Source: Lama glama (taxonomy: Eukaryota). From it: a stretch of DNA of 64,000 nucleotides. The position numbers and the translations under genes were made by a program. Numbering within the stretch: the first letter of the stretch is position 1; every line of letters begins with the position of its first letter. Below, piece by piece: positions 23,363 to 36,899 of this stretch. The stretch covers positions 50,160,001 to 50,224,000 of the forward strand of contig CM052817.1 of the NCBI GenBank assembly GCA_028534125.1. Direction: 5' to 3'. The notes beneath the pieces are model-generated. The model was not told where the DNA came from, ran no database searches, and saw nothing but the letters and a program-made list of their open reading frames with translations.

Positions 23363-25679
23363 ATAAATAGGTGATATTTTTAACAAGTGTTTTATGATCA
23401 AGTAAGTTAGAGAAGCCCAAGATTAAATAAAGTTTATTTTTCTTTAACTTCAGGGATTCTCAGGGCCTTAAATATGCTTATATATCGTGACATGTGGAAG
23501 GAGGGTTCATAGCATTCCTGTTCTCAAACTTACAAGAATGCAGAATTCTTCATATTTTTCAAAGGAGTATTATATGAAATAAACTTGGGGAAATATGTCT
23601 CTTGGGTCTTACTTTGAAGTATGATGTTCCTTTTGGATTTATACAGATAGTATATTATAATAATACTAACAAAGACTACTATTTCTAGTTCATGAAGTTG
23701 CTTTAAATTTTTAAAATCAAGAATTAATATTGAATTTTATTAAGTGCTTTTTCTTGGACGTCTATTTCAGTGATTATATATATGTTTTTTTCTACTTTGA
23801 TATAGATGATATATTAATAGAGCCCCCAAATAAGACCAACTTTATTTTACTAGCTTATGTTTTTTAAACGTTAGTTTTTGTGTATATAAACTAAAGATAG
23901 TAATGATACCTCCCTCAAAAAGATGTTGAAGTTAAATAAGGATATGTGTGTAATGTGCTTAGCAACCATTTCTAGAAAATAGTAAGCTTTTACTATAATG
24001 AAAATTGCTTTGGCTATAAACCTATAAGCAATGATTAATAATTCTCTTAATTTTTTTCTAAGAATGTGTAATTGTTTTAATTTGCTCTTTAAGTAAATAG
24101 CTATATAGGTAGGAGTTTTACATTTTCATTTTTATTAGTTAAAAATAGATTATTAATTTCCTGCTCTATGAGACTATGACCAGTGCTGTATTTTGAATAG
24201 TATTTGTTTTAAGGATTTGAGATTTCTCTATTATAGGAATGATAGATTATCAGATTTTTTTAAAAAAAAAGTCATTGTTCCAAATACATTTGGAAAGATA
24301 TTTTCTTTTGTAGGCTACAGAGTTTAATCTGTATTTGTGGATTTAAAATTATTAGTTGAGGCTAGGTCAAGATGGTGGAGAAGGAGGACATGGAACTCAC
24401 TTCCCAGCATGAACACATTAAAGAAACATCTACATGGAGAACAGTGCTCACTGAAAAATAACTGGAAATGTGCAGAAGTTTCCTATACAACCAAGGCTAT
24501 AGGAAAGACGAACGTCCAATCTGCAATTGAGTAGAAGGGAAGAAAAGCAATCAGTTCAAGACCTGTGCCCTTAGGAGGTGACTCAGAGCAAAAGGGAGAA
24601 TAAGTGCGCAGAGATCTGCCCTGGGGAATAAGTACAAAGAGCCACAGATTGAACACTCCAGTCCTGGGGATCTACACAGGGAAGACAAGCCCTGGTGGCT
24701 GGTTGGAGGATCACTGGGACTAACAGCAGGGCTGTGAGAAGCCTGGGCTCCTCTCATGAGGAGTTCCTCCATGCTGGCTTGCCCCTGAGGTAGAGTGGAA
24801 AGGGTGGATTGCAATCACATGGCCGACTCTTGTTTCTGTGACTGCCTTGGTGCATGCCTCATCCTGAGTCGAGTGAGCACTCCAGTCCTGCTTACTCCAT
24901 ATCACAGTGTGGCACTGCATCTAGGGCTGCCATGACCAGGGAGAGGATTTGGCCATGGGACACAGAGGCGACCTGGTGCCAGGGTGGAACCTGGTTGGGG
25001 CAGTGGTGGTCATCGTTGGTGCTTACTCAAGGAGCATATCAGAAGCAGCCCAGAACTCTGGTGGTGGCCATTCCACCACAGCTCATGCCCCCAACATATA
25101 CTGAGAATCCAGATGTGTTCCACAACAGAGTAGGAGTGAAAGAGGCTGTGAGGGGCAAAGGGAATTTGAACCCTTGGCTGTGTCTGAACAGAGTGAGGGA
25201 AACAACTTCTGGTGCTTTCATGGGCAGTGTATTGGAGACAGCACAGACCTCTCTTTGCAGCCAACATGGGCAGAGAACCCATGTGGGCCCCCCTTGCTTA
25301 GGTACTCTCCCTTCTGGGACAAAGGTCCTAGTGCTGGGAGAGGGGAAAGTGCACACTTAAAGGAAACAGATCCAACTTAGGCATGACCCTCAGGGCTTCT
25401 GCTCCAGCAACTTAGGATCAGATAAGGCAGTGAAAGCCACTGAGCAGAGGCTAAGTCCTGCCTCACATCCAGCTCCAGCTCTAGCCCCTCTATCTCCAGC
25501 CCTTCCCCCACCAACATGATAGCTCCCAGCACACCTTGAGGAAAGATGTGACTTGCATATATGTCAAATCCAGCTCTTGTACCAAATGCATTGAACACAT
25601 GCAGTCTGTATAGAAATGCTCCCACATAAGAACACCCCTTCAAGACCATAATAGGTAACTATTTCACCTAAATTCATAA

Positions 25680-26543
25680 AGGGAGAGGAACTGGTCTTAA
25701 CTGAAAGAGCAAGAGAAATCCCCTGAAAAAATAAATAATGAAATTGAACAGAAATAAACAATTTACCAGATAGAGAATTCAAACCATTTGTAATAAAAAT
25801 GTTAAGTGAATTAAGGAAAATAATAGATGAACACAGTGAAAATTTTAACAAGGAACCAGAAAATGTAAAAGATCCAATGAGAAATGAAGAATTCAATGAC
25901 TAAAATAAAAATAACTCAGAGGATAGTAGACTAAGTGATATGGAGCACATAAACGACCTGGTGGATAGAATGGAAACCATCAACTCAGAACAACAAAAAG
26001 AAAAACAAATTAACAAAAATGAAAACAGTTCAAGAGATATCTGGGATAACAGTAGTATACCAACATTCACATTATAGGGTCCCCAAAAGGAAAAGAGAGA
26101 GAGAAAAGGATAGAAAATGTATTTGAGGAAACTATGGCTGAAAATTTCCCAAACCAGAAGGAACAGATATTCAGATACAGGAAGCACAAAGGGTCCCAAA
26201 TAAGATGAACCCAAACAGTCCCACATCAAGACATATCATAATAAAATGGCAAAAGTTAAAGAGATAATTCTAAAGGCAGCAAGAGAAAAACAAAGAGTCA
26301 TATACAAAGGAACTTCCAGAAAACTATCAGCTGAATTTCCACAGAAAGTTTGCAGGCCAGAAGGAAGTAACATGATACATTAAAATTCCTGAAAGAGAAA
26401 ACCCTGCAACCTAGTATACTCCACCTAGAAAGATTATCATTTAGAATCGAAGGAGAGATAAAGATCTTCTCAGACATACAAAAACTAAAGAGTTCATTAG
26501 TATTGAACCTATTCTAAAAGAAATGTTAAAGGGTCTTCTCTAA
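25680..26543 (+). pseudogene. L1 ORF1 remnant (disrupted)
   Basis: LKEQEKSP-like start, IQEAQRVPNKMNP-like motif at ~26175-26215, ends GLL* at 26543; multiple stops and frameshifts. Confidence 0.85.
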
Positions 26544-26989
26544 GTAGAAAAAGAAATAAGAATCTATAGGAAAAGGAAAGTCTTAGTAGTAAAGGCAAAT
26601 ATATAGTAAGGATCAATTAATAAGCCAGTATGAAGATTAAAAAATAACAAATTGTAAAAGCATCTATAACTATGATAAACAGTGAGAGGATAAACATGAA
26701 GATGTAAAATATGACATCAAAAACACAAAATGTGAGGGAAGGGAGTAAAAAATTGTACATCTTTTAGAATATGTTTGAATTTAAATGACTACCAGTTAAA
26801 ACCAAGTAGATACAGTTATAGGTTAACATAATACCCCAGGGTAACCACAAATCAAATACCTATAATACATACAAACACAAAACTGGAACATAAGCATTTG
26901 AAGAAAATCATCAAACCATAAGGGAAGAAACAAAAAGAAGAAATGAACTAACAAAAACCACAAAAACAACTGGAAAACAAGTAATAAAT

Positions 26990-29900
26990 ATCAATAAGTA
27001 CATACCTATAAGTAATTAAATTTCAATCGACTAAATGCTCCAATCAAAAGACATAGGGTGGCACATCTATATGCTACTTACAAGAGACTCATTTCAGAGC
27101 TAAAGACACACACAGGCTGAAAGTGAGGAAATGGAAAAATATTTCATGCAAAAGGAAATGACAAGAAAATAGGAGTAGAAATATTCATATCAGACAAAAT
27201 AGACTTTAAAACAAAGGCTACAACAAAAGACAATGAAGAGCATTGTACAATGATAAAAAAATCAATACAAGAAGGGAATATTATGCTTGTTAACATATAT
27301 GAACCCAATACAGGAGCACCTAAATATAGAAAGCAAATACTAGTAGAGATAAAGGGAGAAACTGACAATAATACAATAAGAGTACGAGGCCTTAACATCC
27401 CACTGACATCAATGGCCAGATCATAACAGAAAATCAGTGAGGCAAAAGTGGTCTTAAATAACACAACAGACCAGTTGGGCTTAATAGATATCTCTACAGG
27501 ATATGCCATTCAGAACAACAGAGTACACATTCTTTTCAAGTGCATATGAAACATTCTCCAGGATAGATCACATCCTAAGCCACAAAACAAGTCTCAACAA
27601 ATTTAAGAGGATAGAAATTGTATCAAGCATTTTCTCTGACCACATGGTTTGAAACTAGAAATCAATTACAGAAAGAAAAATGGAAAAAGCAAAAACACAT
27701 GAAGACTAAACTACATGCTACTAAAAAAAGCAACAGTCATTGAAGAAATCAAAGAGGAAATTAGAAAATACCTATAGACAGGTGAAAATGGAAACAACTC
27801 TTCAAAATCTATGGGATGCAGCAACAGAAGTTCTAAGAGTGAAATTTATAGTAATAATGGCCTTCCTCAAGAAACAAGAAAAATCTCAAATAAACAACTT
27901 AACCTACCACTTAAAGAATTAGAAAAAGAAGAACAAACTAAGTCCGAAGCCAACAAAGAAAGGAAATAATAAAGGTCAGAAAGAAAATATAGACAAAAAT
28001 TAAAAAAAAAAAGAAAAGATTAATGAAACCAAGATCTGGTTTTTTGAAAAGATAAAATTGATAATCTTTTAGCCAGGCTCATCACAAAGAAAAGAGATAG
28101 GACCCAAATAAAAAAAATTAGAAATGAAAGAGTAGAAATAACAAGTGATATCAAAGACATATAAAAATTCATGAGAATATTATAAACAGTTACATGACAA
28201 CAACTGGACAAGTTTCTAAAACATACTAACTTTCAAGACTTGAATCACTAGAAATGAAATTTAATATTTCATCAAAAAGCTCTCAGCAAACAAAAGTCCA
28301 GACCTGGATGTATTCACAGGGGAATTCTGCCAAATATATAAGTAAGAGTTAATACCTATCCTTCTCAAATTATTCTGAAAAATTAAAGAGGAGGGAACAC
28401 TCCCAAATTCATTTTACAAGGCTACCATTACTCTGGTATCAAAACCAGACAGTGACACTACAAAAATAGAAATTATAGGCCAACAACTCTGATGAATAGA
28501 GATGAAAAAAAATCCTCAATAAAATATTAGCAAACCAAATTCAACACTATTTAAAAAGGATTATACATAATTATTAAATATGATTTGTTCTAGGAACACA
28601 AAGATGGCTCAGTATTCACAAGTCAATCAGTGTGATACACAACATTAACAAAAGGAAGGATAAAAACCACATAATCTTTTCAATAGATGCAAAAAAGCAT
28701 TTGACAAATTCAACATCCATTCATGATAAAAATTCTCAACAAAGTGGGTATAGAAGTAATATATGTCAATGTAACAAAGGCCGTTTGTGTGAAACCCACA
28801 GCTAATATACTCTGCATTGAAAAGCTAAAAGCCCTTCCTCTAAATTCAAGAACAAGATAAGGATACCCACTCTCACCACTTCTATTTAACATAGTGTTGG
28901 AAGTCCTAGCCACAGCCATCAGATAACAAAGAGAAATAAAAGACATCCAAATTGTAAGTGAAGAAGTAAAACCGTCACAATTTGCAGATGATACCACACT
29001 ATATATAGAAAACCCTAAAGCCTCCACCAAAAAACTAGAATAAACAAATGAATTCAGTAAAGTTGCAGGATAAAAGATTATATACAGAAATCTGTTTATT
29101 TTCTATATACTAATAATAAACTATCAGAAAGAGAAAGAAAAAAATCTCATTTAATATGCATCAAAAGCATAAAATACTTAGGAATAATCTTAACCAAAGA
29201 AGTGAAAGACCTATAATCTAAAAACTATACAATATTGATAAAGGAAGTTGAAGATAAGACAAATACATGGAAAGATATCCCGTGTTCCTGGATTGGAAGA
29301 ATTAATATTGTTAAAATGCCCCACAGTATCCAAAGCAATCTACACATTTAATGCAATCCCTATCAAATTACCCAGAACATTTTTCACAGAACTAGAACAA
29401 ATTTATATGGAAACCATAAAAGACCCCAAATAGCCAAAGCCATCTTGAGAAAATAGAACAAAGCTGGTGATATTGTGCCCCTAAACTTCTGACTATACTC
29501 CAAAGCTACAGAAATCAAAAGAGCATGGTATTGGCACAGAAACAAATACATGGTTCAATGGAACAGAACAGAGAGCCCTGAAATAAACCTATGCACCTAT
29601 GGTCAATTAATTTGAGACAAAGGAGACACAAATACACAATAGAATAAAAGACTCTTCAACAAGTGGTGCTGCGAAAACTGGACAGATACATGTAAAAGAA
29701 AGAGATTAGAACATTTCCTCACACCATATATAAAAATAAACTCAAAATGGATTAAAGACCTAATAGTAAGACTGAAACCATAAAACTCATAGAAAAGAAC
29801 ATAGACACAATACTCTTTGATATAAATCATAGCAATTTTTTTTTTGGATCATTCTCCTAAGGCAAAAGAAATAAAAGCAAAAGTAAACAATTGGGACCTA

Positions 29901-30640
29901 AGTAAACTTAAAACTTTTACACAGCAAAGGAAACTATGGACAAAATGAAAAGACAACCTACTGAAGAAAATATTTGCAAATGATATGACTCACAAGGGGT
30001 TAATCTCCAAAATACATAAACAGCTCATACAACTCTATCAAAAAACAAACAAACAAACAAAAAACCCCAAACAACCCAATCAAAAATGTACAGAAAACCT
30101 AAATGGATATTTTTGCAAAGAAGACATACAGATGGCCAACAGGCATATGAAAAAATGCTTATAGCTAATTATTGGAGAAGTATAAATCATAACCACAATG
30201 AGATATCACTCCACACCAGTTATCATCAAAAAGTCTACAAATAGCAAATGTTGACAGCAATTAGAAGAAAAGGGACCCTTGTACACTCTTAGTGGGAATG
30301 TAAATTTGTGCAACCATTATGGAAAATGGTAAGAAGGTTCCTCAAAAAACCGGAAGTAGAATTATCAGCAATTCTATTTCTGGGTATATATCTGGATAAA
30401 ATGAAAACACTGATTTGAAAAGATACATGCACCCCAATGTTCATAGCAGCACTATTTACAGTAGCCAAGACATGAAGCAACTCAAGTGTCCATCAATAGA
30501 CAAACTGATAAAGAAGAAGTAAAAAATACATATAATGGAATATTAATCAGCCATAAAAAGAATGAAATTCTGCCATTTGCAGCAAGTGGATAGACTTAGA
30601 AAGTATTATGCTTAATGAAATAAATCAGACAGAGAAAGAT
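26990..30640 (+). pseudogene. L1 ORF2 remnant (endonuclease/RT, disrupted)
   Basis: LNAPIKRHR (~27041), QNLWDAA (~27802), SIDAKKAFDKF-like (~28680), FADD (tttgcagatgat 28981-28992); many stops. Confidence 0.9.
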
Positions 30641-31361
30641 TAGTACTGTATGATCTAACTTATATGGAATATAAAAAATAAAACAAATAAATATATATAT
30701 AGCAAAACAGAAACTGACTCAGAACTAATGCTTACCAGCAGGGAGAAGGAAGTGGGGAGGCGCAAGATAGGGGTATGGGATTAAGAGGTACAAACTACTA
30801 TGTATAAAACAGATAAGCAACAAGGATACATTGTACCACACAGGGAATTACAGCCATTATTTATACAGCCATTATTTTATACTAACTTTAAATGTAGTAT
30901 AATCTATACAAATATTGAGTCATTATGTTGTACACTTGAAACTAGTTGTGTAAATTACCTGTATCTTAAAGAAAAACAAAAAACTGATTCTTCTCAAAAT
31001 ATTAGTTGAATTATTTTAATTGTCAGTAGGAAATGCTACCTATCAGTTTGTTTTTTGCCTAAACATTGATTTTCGTCTGAAATTCTCATTCCAACTTTTA
31101 AATTTGCAGTTGTCTGCTATTTGTCTTTTTTCTTTTTCACTACTTGACGTGTCCAAAGTTCTCCCTGTGCAGAAACTATTTTGTTTCTGTCAATTTCTTC
31201 ATTTAATAGTTTGAACTTTGTATTTGACAATATGTTATTTAGCACTAAAAATTTATAACTGTTGTATCTTTGTTGTAGATGATATCTTTTTTTATCAACT
31301 TTTTGTTTTTAATTATCGTTTCAGCTTAGCTGATAATTGGTGCTAACTTTTTGAAGTTATC

Positions 31362-31860
31362 TGTTGACTGCCAACTCAGAAAAAAGCACTCAAATGACGT
31401 GTTCAGGTGAAGATGAGTTTAATACTTACTGAAGTAAGGTAGAAAAGCACCTGTGTGTGTGTATTTGAGGAGTTTTGTGGTTTGGTTTATGGTGTGGCTT
31501 CAATGCAGGAGACTAAATAGAATTGTGCAGAGTTTCTGATATTATAGTTTAGGATTGGTGGACACAGCAAGATTAGAGTTTTGAAGGCACTCTCAAAAGG
31601 AGTTTGAAGGAGTAAACGGTGGTTTGATAATGAAGTTTGCCCACTTAAAAAATCTCTTTATCTGAGAAAGGAATTATTCACCCTCATGCCCAAGAAGGAG
31701 GCAAACTGAGATGTCTGTTGTTTGGATAAATGGATTTTAATGAGTTCATAAAACAAACGGTAATGCTATTTGAAACTTTATTTTCCCAGGCAAGAATTTA
31801 CTGAAATAGGAAAATCCTGTTAATGTCAATTCTTGATTCTATTAAATTCTGGTTACAAGG
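31362..31860. mobile_element. Probable old LTR inserted in ancient L1 sequence
   Basis: Starts TG (tgttgactgcc) with a composition shift relative to T-rich flanks; family not recognised. Confidence 0.35.
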
Positions 31861-32906
31861 AGTTTGTTCTCATTTTGACAAATCTTTGCCTATCTTTGAA
31901 AAACATTTTAATGCCATTTTATTTTAGGTATGTCTCTTGGAAGCAGCATATATTTAGATTATGCCTCTTAATTCAGTTTGCAAAACTTTGAATTGTAACA
32001 GAGAAATATAAACTTTTTGTGCTACACTCTAATATTTTATCTTGAATCCTTCATGATTTTTAAAGTGTTTTCTTAGTCTTATGAAATGTGGCTGTTTGCT
32101 TTATTTTATATTCTCTAATAATGGAAAGTTGTTCTTCTCAATGTTATAATCTGAAATTCAGCCATTCTTAACTGAATACATGCTACCTTCAGTATCTCTT
32201 CTATCGAGGATTATTTTTGACATTTTTGTTCAGGTTTTTATTCCAACTAACAATAGTTATTTACATTTAACTTTGTCAAACTTTTCTCATAGTGCATCAT
32301 TTGTGTCTTTATATCCTAACTGTCCTATTCTTTAACTCTTAATTTTGATATCTATAGGAAATTTTCAAGAAGCACACAGAAGTTCTATTTCTGAGTTCTT
32401 GTGCATCTGAGAGTCTCTCTGTTGTTTTAAAAAATGAATGACATTTGACTGGGCCTAATTATTAGGTTACAGTTCTATCTCTCTGAAAATTTTATGTGTA
32501 TTGCTTCATTTTTTTTCTGTTGTAATTTTAGAGATGCCGGAGTCCTCCTGGTTTTTATTCCTTCTTGTTAATCTTTTTAGTGTTCTCTGCCTTTACATAG
32601 AGTTTTCTCCTTGACTGAGCTACTTTAAAAATTTTATCTGAATAGTTTTAAAAATGGACTCATTTTTTTCTTTGATAACCTTATTTTTGTCAATTAGTCT
32701 TGTTTGTTTCTTTGATTACAAATATTCATGTTTCTTGAAAATATTCATAATTGTTGGTTTGATTCTAATTCTCTTTTTCTATATCTAATGTTTCCTCATA
32801 TCCTTTTGATTTTATTTCTTCATTGCTAGTTATGCACTTTAAAAAGTATTATGCAGGATTTTTTTGGCTTGGTTATTATAATTTTGGTTTCTTTGAAACA
32901 TCTCTT

Positions 32907-33039
32907 TTTAAAAAAAATTATTTGATTTATTTATTTGGGAGGGTAATTAGGTTTATTTATTTTAATGGTGTTACTAGGGATTGAACCCAGGACCTCATGC
33001 ATGCTAAGCGCATGCTCTACCACTGAACTATACCCTTCC
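32907..33039 (-). mobile_element. tRNA-derived SINE (camelid Vic-type)
   Basis: Antisense A and B boxes (tagttcagtggtagag; gggttcaatccc), T-rich tail, TSD tgaaacatYtctt (32894-32906 and 33042-33054). Confidence 0.85.
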
Positions 33040-34704
33040 TATGAAACATTTCTTGAATTTATTTCTCCCTTTGCATCTTACTTTGTTGTCTTGTGTCTCC
33101 TCATTTAACTGTCCTTTCATTTTATTGTTTTATTTTCCTTCAATTTCCTGGCCTTGTTAGCCACCTCGTATTGCATTATGCTGAAGATGCGATAAAGCTT
33201 TCCGAAACTTTTCTTTTGGTTCTGCAACTAAATCAGGTTCAGGGCTTTGCTCATTTTGAGTCTTCAAAGATAATTTTTCCTTTCCCTTAGATTTTGGTAA
33301 TTTTTTAAAAACCACCTCTATCCCCTTGTCCCTGAACATTAAAATTATTACGAAGGAAAAAACATCAAGACCTTAACATCCCAACTCATATGTTGCTTAT
33401 GCTGGCTTCACTGTCTACACGGGGGAGTATTGAAAATGTTTCTCAAAGCTACTGATCTTGGCCTTTTTCCTACTTCTAAATGTTGGTTCTCTGAGACAAT
33501 GAAATGATGGAGTTTCTCAGTGTTTTTCAACAGCAGTGATAGGATCAATTACAGGGCTTTAAAAAACACATTTTTCTGGACTTTGAACCTGGAAATTCTG
33601 TGCATGTATGTTATGTATTTGAAAGAATAATGAAGCAGGGCTTGGAAACTGCTGGAAAACAAGCTGCTGAGGAAACAAGCCACTGGAAAACAAACAGCTG
33701 GAAAACAAGCCGCACCTAAATTTCCATGAGCTTAAAATATTATATTCACACTTGCTTGTTTAAAATGCACATGCTTGCTTTGTTTTAATGTTTTACGCAG
33801 TAGATGACCTATAGCACGTATTATGCTAAAGAAAATTTGTGGTGAGCAATCCTGAGATTGACCATAAGGCACAAAGGAGGGCAGATATCTCCTTAGGGTA
33901 AAACAATGGATGGTCCTGGAAAGCCAGATCGCCCATTAAGAGAACTTTGTTCTGGCATGAAAGCATTTGGTTAAGCCCAGGGGAAATATTTGCTATCTCG
34001 AGATGTCCCGGAGGCAATAACAGGATAGATTTAGAAATTTTGCATACCCTGAGGAGGGTGATTGTTCCTGGAAGGGATAGGCCTGAAATTAATCAATTAA
34101 TCAGCAAGCAGAACTTGGTGCTTATCGCCTGGAATATCTAAAGCCTCACCTCTTTGATCGCATTTTTTTCTGAGCTGTATACTGCTAATAAATATGATGT
34201 TGACCAGGCTTTCGGGACTCTGGATCCACAAGATCTTGAATCCCCGGTCCCATCTTTGCTCTTTACTTTTTCTCTTTGTTTCTTAAGTCTTGCGTCACCC
34301 GTCCTCAGACATGGTCCCGAGCTGTGCTGGACACAGCAGGAAACCTGTATTACAAAAACCAGATTTGATTTGACAGACCTGGAGCAGTTACTGTCTGCTG
34401 CTAAGATTTCCATTACAAGAAAAAAGCATCCTCGTGCTTTGTCTGTCTCATTCTGGCAGTGAAGATTGAATGAGAGAATACAGGAGAAAAACATGATAAA
34501 ACAGAGAAACCCCAAGAGGGAATTTTTACAACTCAAAAATAACCTTCTAAATAGAGAAGCTTCTGTTTTATTCCAAAAAGAATCTAAACTTTGAATTAAA
34601 AAAAAAACAGATTTGAGTACTGGCAAGTACTGCAATTAGTACTATATTTTTCTCAACTACCACCAACTGGCTTTACTTCTGGAGATCGTTCCTTCTAAGG
34701 AACA

Positions 34705-36160
34705 CTGGCAGGCGAGCAACCTGTGCATTTGTACAGGGTCTTGTGCTCAAAGGGTCGCATGCTTGGTTTAATTTCTTCTTGTCACTGTCTTGAAATTCTT
34801 AATCTTATCGCTGAACTTGTATTATTGTAGACAAAGTCCAATGGGACATGGGGGTATATGTGCCTGAGTAGAGGAAATACACACAGTATGCCTGTCTGCC
34901 ATTCCTCATGGCCCCATTTATATATTGCCTCTGTGAGCATAGAATTCTGGTGGACCCACTATGTGTGGGATTTTGCAAGGCTCAAAGTGAGTACCTCTGC
35001 AATATGGTGTGTTAATTTTCTACTGCTGCTACAACAAATTACTGCAAGATTAGTGGCTTGAATAGTACAAATTTTCTTACAGATCTGAAAGTCAGAAGTC
35101 TGAAATGTGTCTTATGAAGCTAAAATCAAAGACTGCTTTTTTTTTTTTCTGAAATTGTAGGGGAGAATCTTTTTACTTGCCTTGTCTAACTTCTTGAGGT
35201 CGCCTGCATTCTTTGCCTCATGGATGCATCCTTTGCTCTCTTTAAAGCCAGCAATGCAGCATTTCCCAATTTCTTCCTCTGCTTGCATTGTCACATCTCT
35301 TTCTCTGAATCTCCAATTCTCCGTTTTATAAGGATTTCTTTGGGCTTAACTGGATAACCCAGGATAATCTCTCCATTGCAAGATTCTTAACTAAATCACA
35401 TTGACAAATTTCCCTTTTTGACATAAGGTAACATATCCACAGGTTTTGGTGACTAGGAAGTGGACAGTTTTGAGTAGAGGGTCAGTATATAGCCTACCAC
35501 GCTAAGTGAGGATACCATGCTTTCCATTTGAAGCAGAACTTGTTTCAAACACAGAAAAAAGCCAATGGAGTTTTAAGACACACAGTTGACCAAACATGTT
35601 CTTACTGATGGTATTTGTTCTTATTCATGGTATTTCCCTGTATTAGCCAACTACTTGTGCTCAAAATGATGCCACAGAAGAAAAGGGAAAGAGGGTTACT
35701 ATACAGTTCCTTTCACTTTCAGTCCTTCCTTACTCATCAAAAATCTAAAAGTAAGAGTATCGGTAGAATGTGTGTATCAAGAATTGAAATGAAAACAGTG
35801 GCAGCATTTCTGCTATTCTGGTGGAATGGAATACTGCCACACGCATGAGCTGTGAAGTACATTGTGTCATTTTGGTGACTCCGCATATTCTATTTGCATT
35901 TTAAACAGGCATTGCACAATATAAAAAAAGCACAGTAAAATTCATTTCAATAATTTAAAATTTATTTTTCTTTTAAAGAATGAAATTACATAGCAAATAA
36001 GAAACATTAGATATGTGTGTGTGAGAAAGAGAGAGATCATTGAAGAAAGGGAAAAATATATTTTAGTGCCTTTAACAGCACTTCCTTCCTGTGTTCTGAA
36101 TAAGGAGCTCCACATTTTCAGTTTTCACAGGGCTCCACAAAGTATGTGGCCTGATTCCAG
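34705..36160 (+). mobile_element. MER45-family hAT-Tip100 transposon, split by an MLT1
   Basis: Left end acagggtcttgtgctcaaagggtcgcatgcttggtttaat...tcttgaaattcttaat; right end cacattttcagttttcacagggctccacaaagtatgtggc. Confidence 0.7.
35007..35500 (-). mobile_element. MaLR LTR (MLT1D/E-like)
   Basis: tgtgttaattttctactgctgctacaacaaattac...ggataacccaggataatctc...ataaggtaacatat...gcctaccac. Confidence 0.8.
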
Positions 36161-36408
36161 GAACCAAGGAACTACTGCTCGTCTTCTCTATTTCACACAT
36201 AAGCATGCACACACACATACATGCGCACAAGTGTACATGCATATCTATGCATTTGTGACAGACAGGCTGAGTTATTTTTCCTACACTGAAAGGGAATAAG
36301 TGGGATATTGTTAAGGAGGGGGGTCAGAAAAAGGAAGCAGTACTCTGATAAGGGATCTTCTCACTCTCTCTGCTTCAGCCACACTCTCCTTTTTTGATTT
36401 CTTCATAT

Positions 36409-36895
36409 CAGCAGGCTTCAAACATTTTTGGTCTCAGCACCCCATCCCTTGATTATCTTAAAATTTATTGAGGATGACAGTGAGCTTTTTTGTGTGTGTG
36501 CTATATTTATTGATGTTTACCATAATTAGAAATGAAAACTAAAAAACATTTCAAAGTGAGCATTTATTAATTCATTAGAAATAGCATTAATGGGCTTTTC
36601 ATGTTAATTATTTTTTCATAAAAATTAACTACATTTTTTCAAATAAAAAAAACTTGTAAGAAGACTGGCTTCATTTTACAGTTCTGCAAGTTTCCATAAT
36701 ATCTGGCTTAATGAAAGACTGAAAGATTCTTATCTGCTCCTGCATTTTATCTGTTGCAGTATCACATGTTGCCACTGGAAAATTTCACAGCACATCCATG
36801 AGAGAATTATAGTGGAAAATGCAAGTAACATATTATTATGAAAATACTTTTGACTATTTCACAGAGGTTTCTGACCACACTGTGAGAACTACTGC
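36409..36895 (+). mobile_element. hAT-Charlie element (Charlie4a-like)
   Basis: cagcaggcttcaaacatttttggtctcag...ttaaaatttattgagga...gaccacactgtgagaactactg. Confidence 0.65.
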
Positions 36896-36899
36896 CTTA

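Larger units (their letters stand above)
24360..30995 (+). mobile_element. Full-length, inactivated LINE-1
   Basis: 5' UTR starting near caagatgg; ORF1 and ORF2 remnants; 3' UTR and A-rich tail at ~30968-30983; TSD aaaat(t)attagttga at ~24345-24359 and ~30996-31009. Confidence 0.95.

Noticed and set aside
24551..25649. Cluster of 66-168 aa ORFs on both strands
   Set aside because: They lie in the GC-rich L1 5' UTR and are not preserved in the homologous UTR at 60.2-61.2 kb.
25564..30480. Hydrophobic minus-strand ORFs that look like membrane proteins
   Set aside because: Antisense reading of A-rich L1 sequence gives F/L/I/S-rich artefacts. The same applies at 62263-63891.
33826..34017. VLLMGDLAFQD resembling a LINE endonuclease GDFN motif
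   Set aside because: The catalytic N is missing and there are no other endonuclease motifs nearby.
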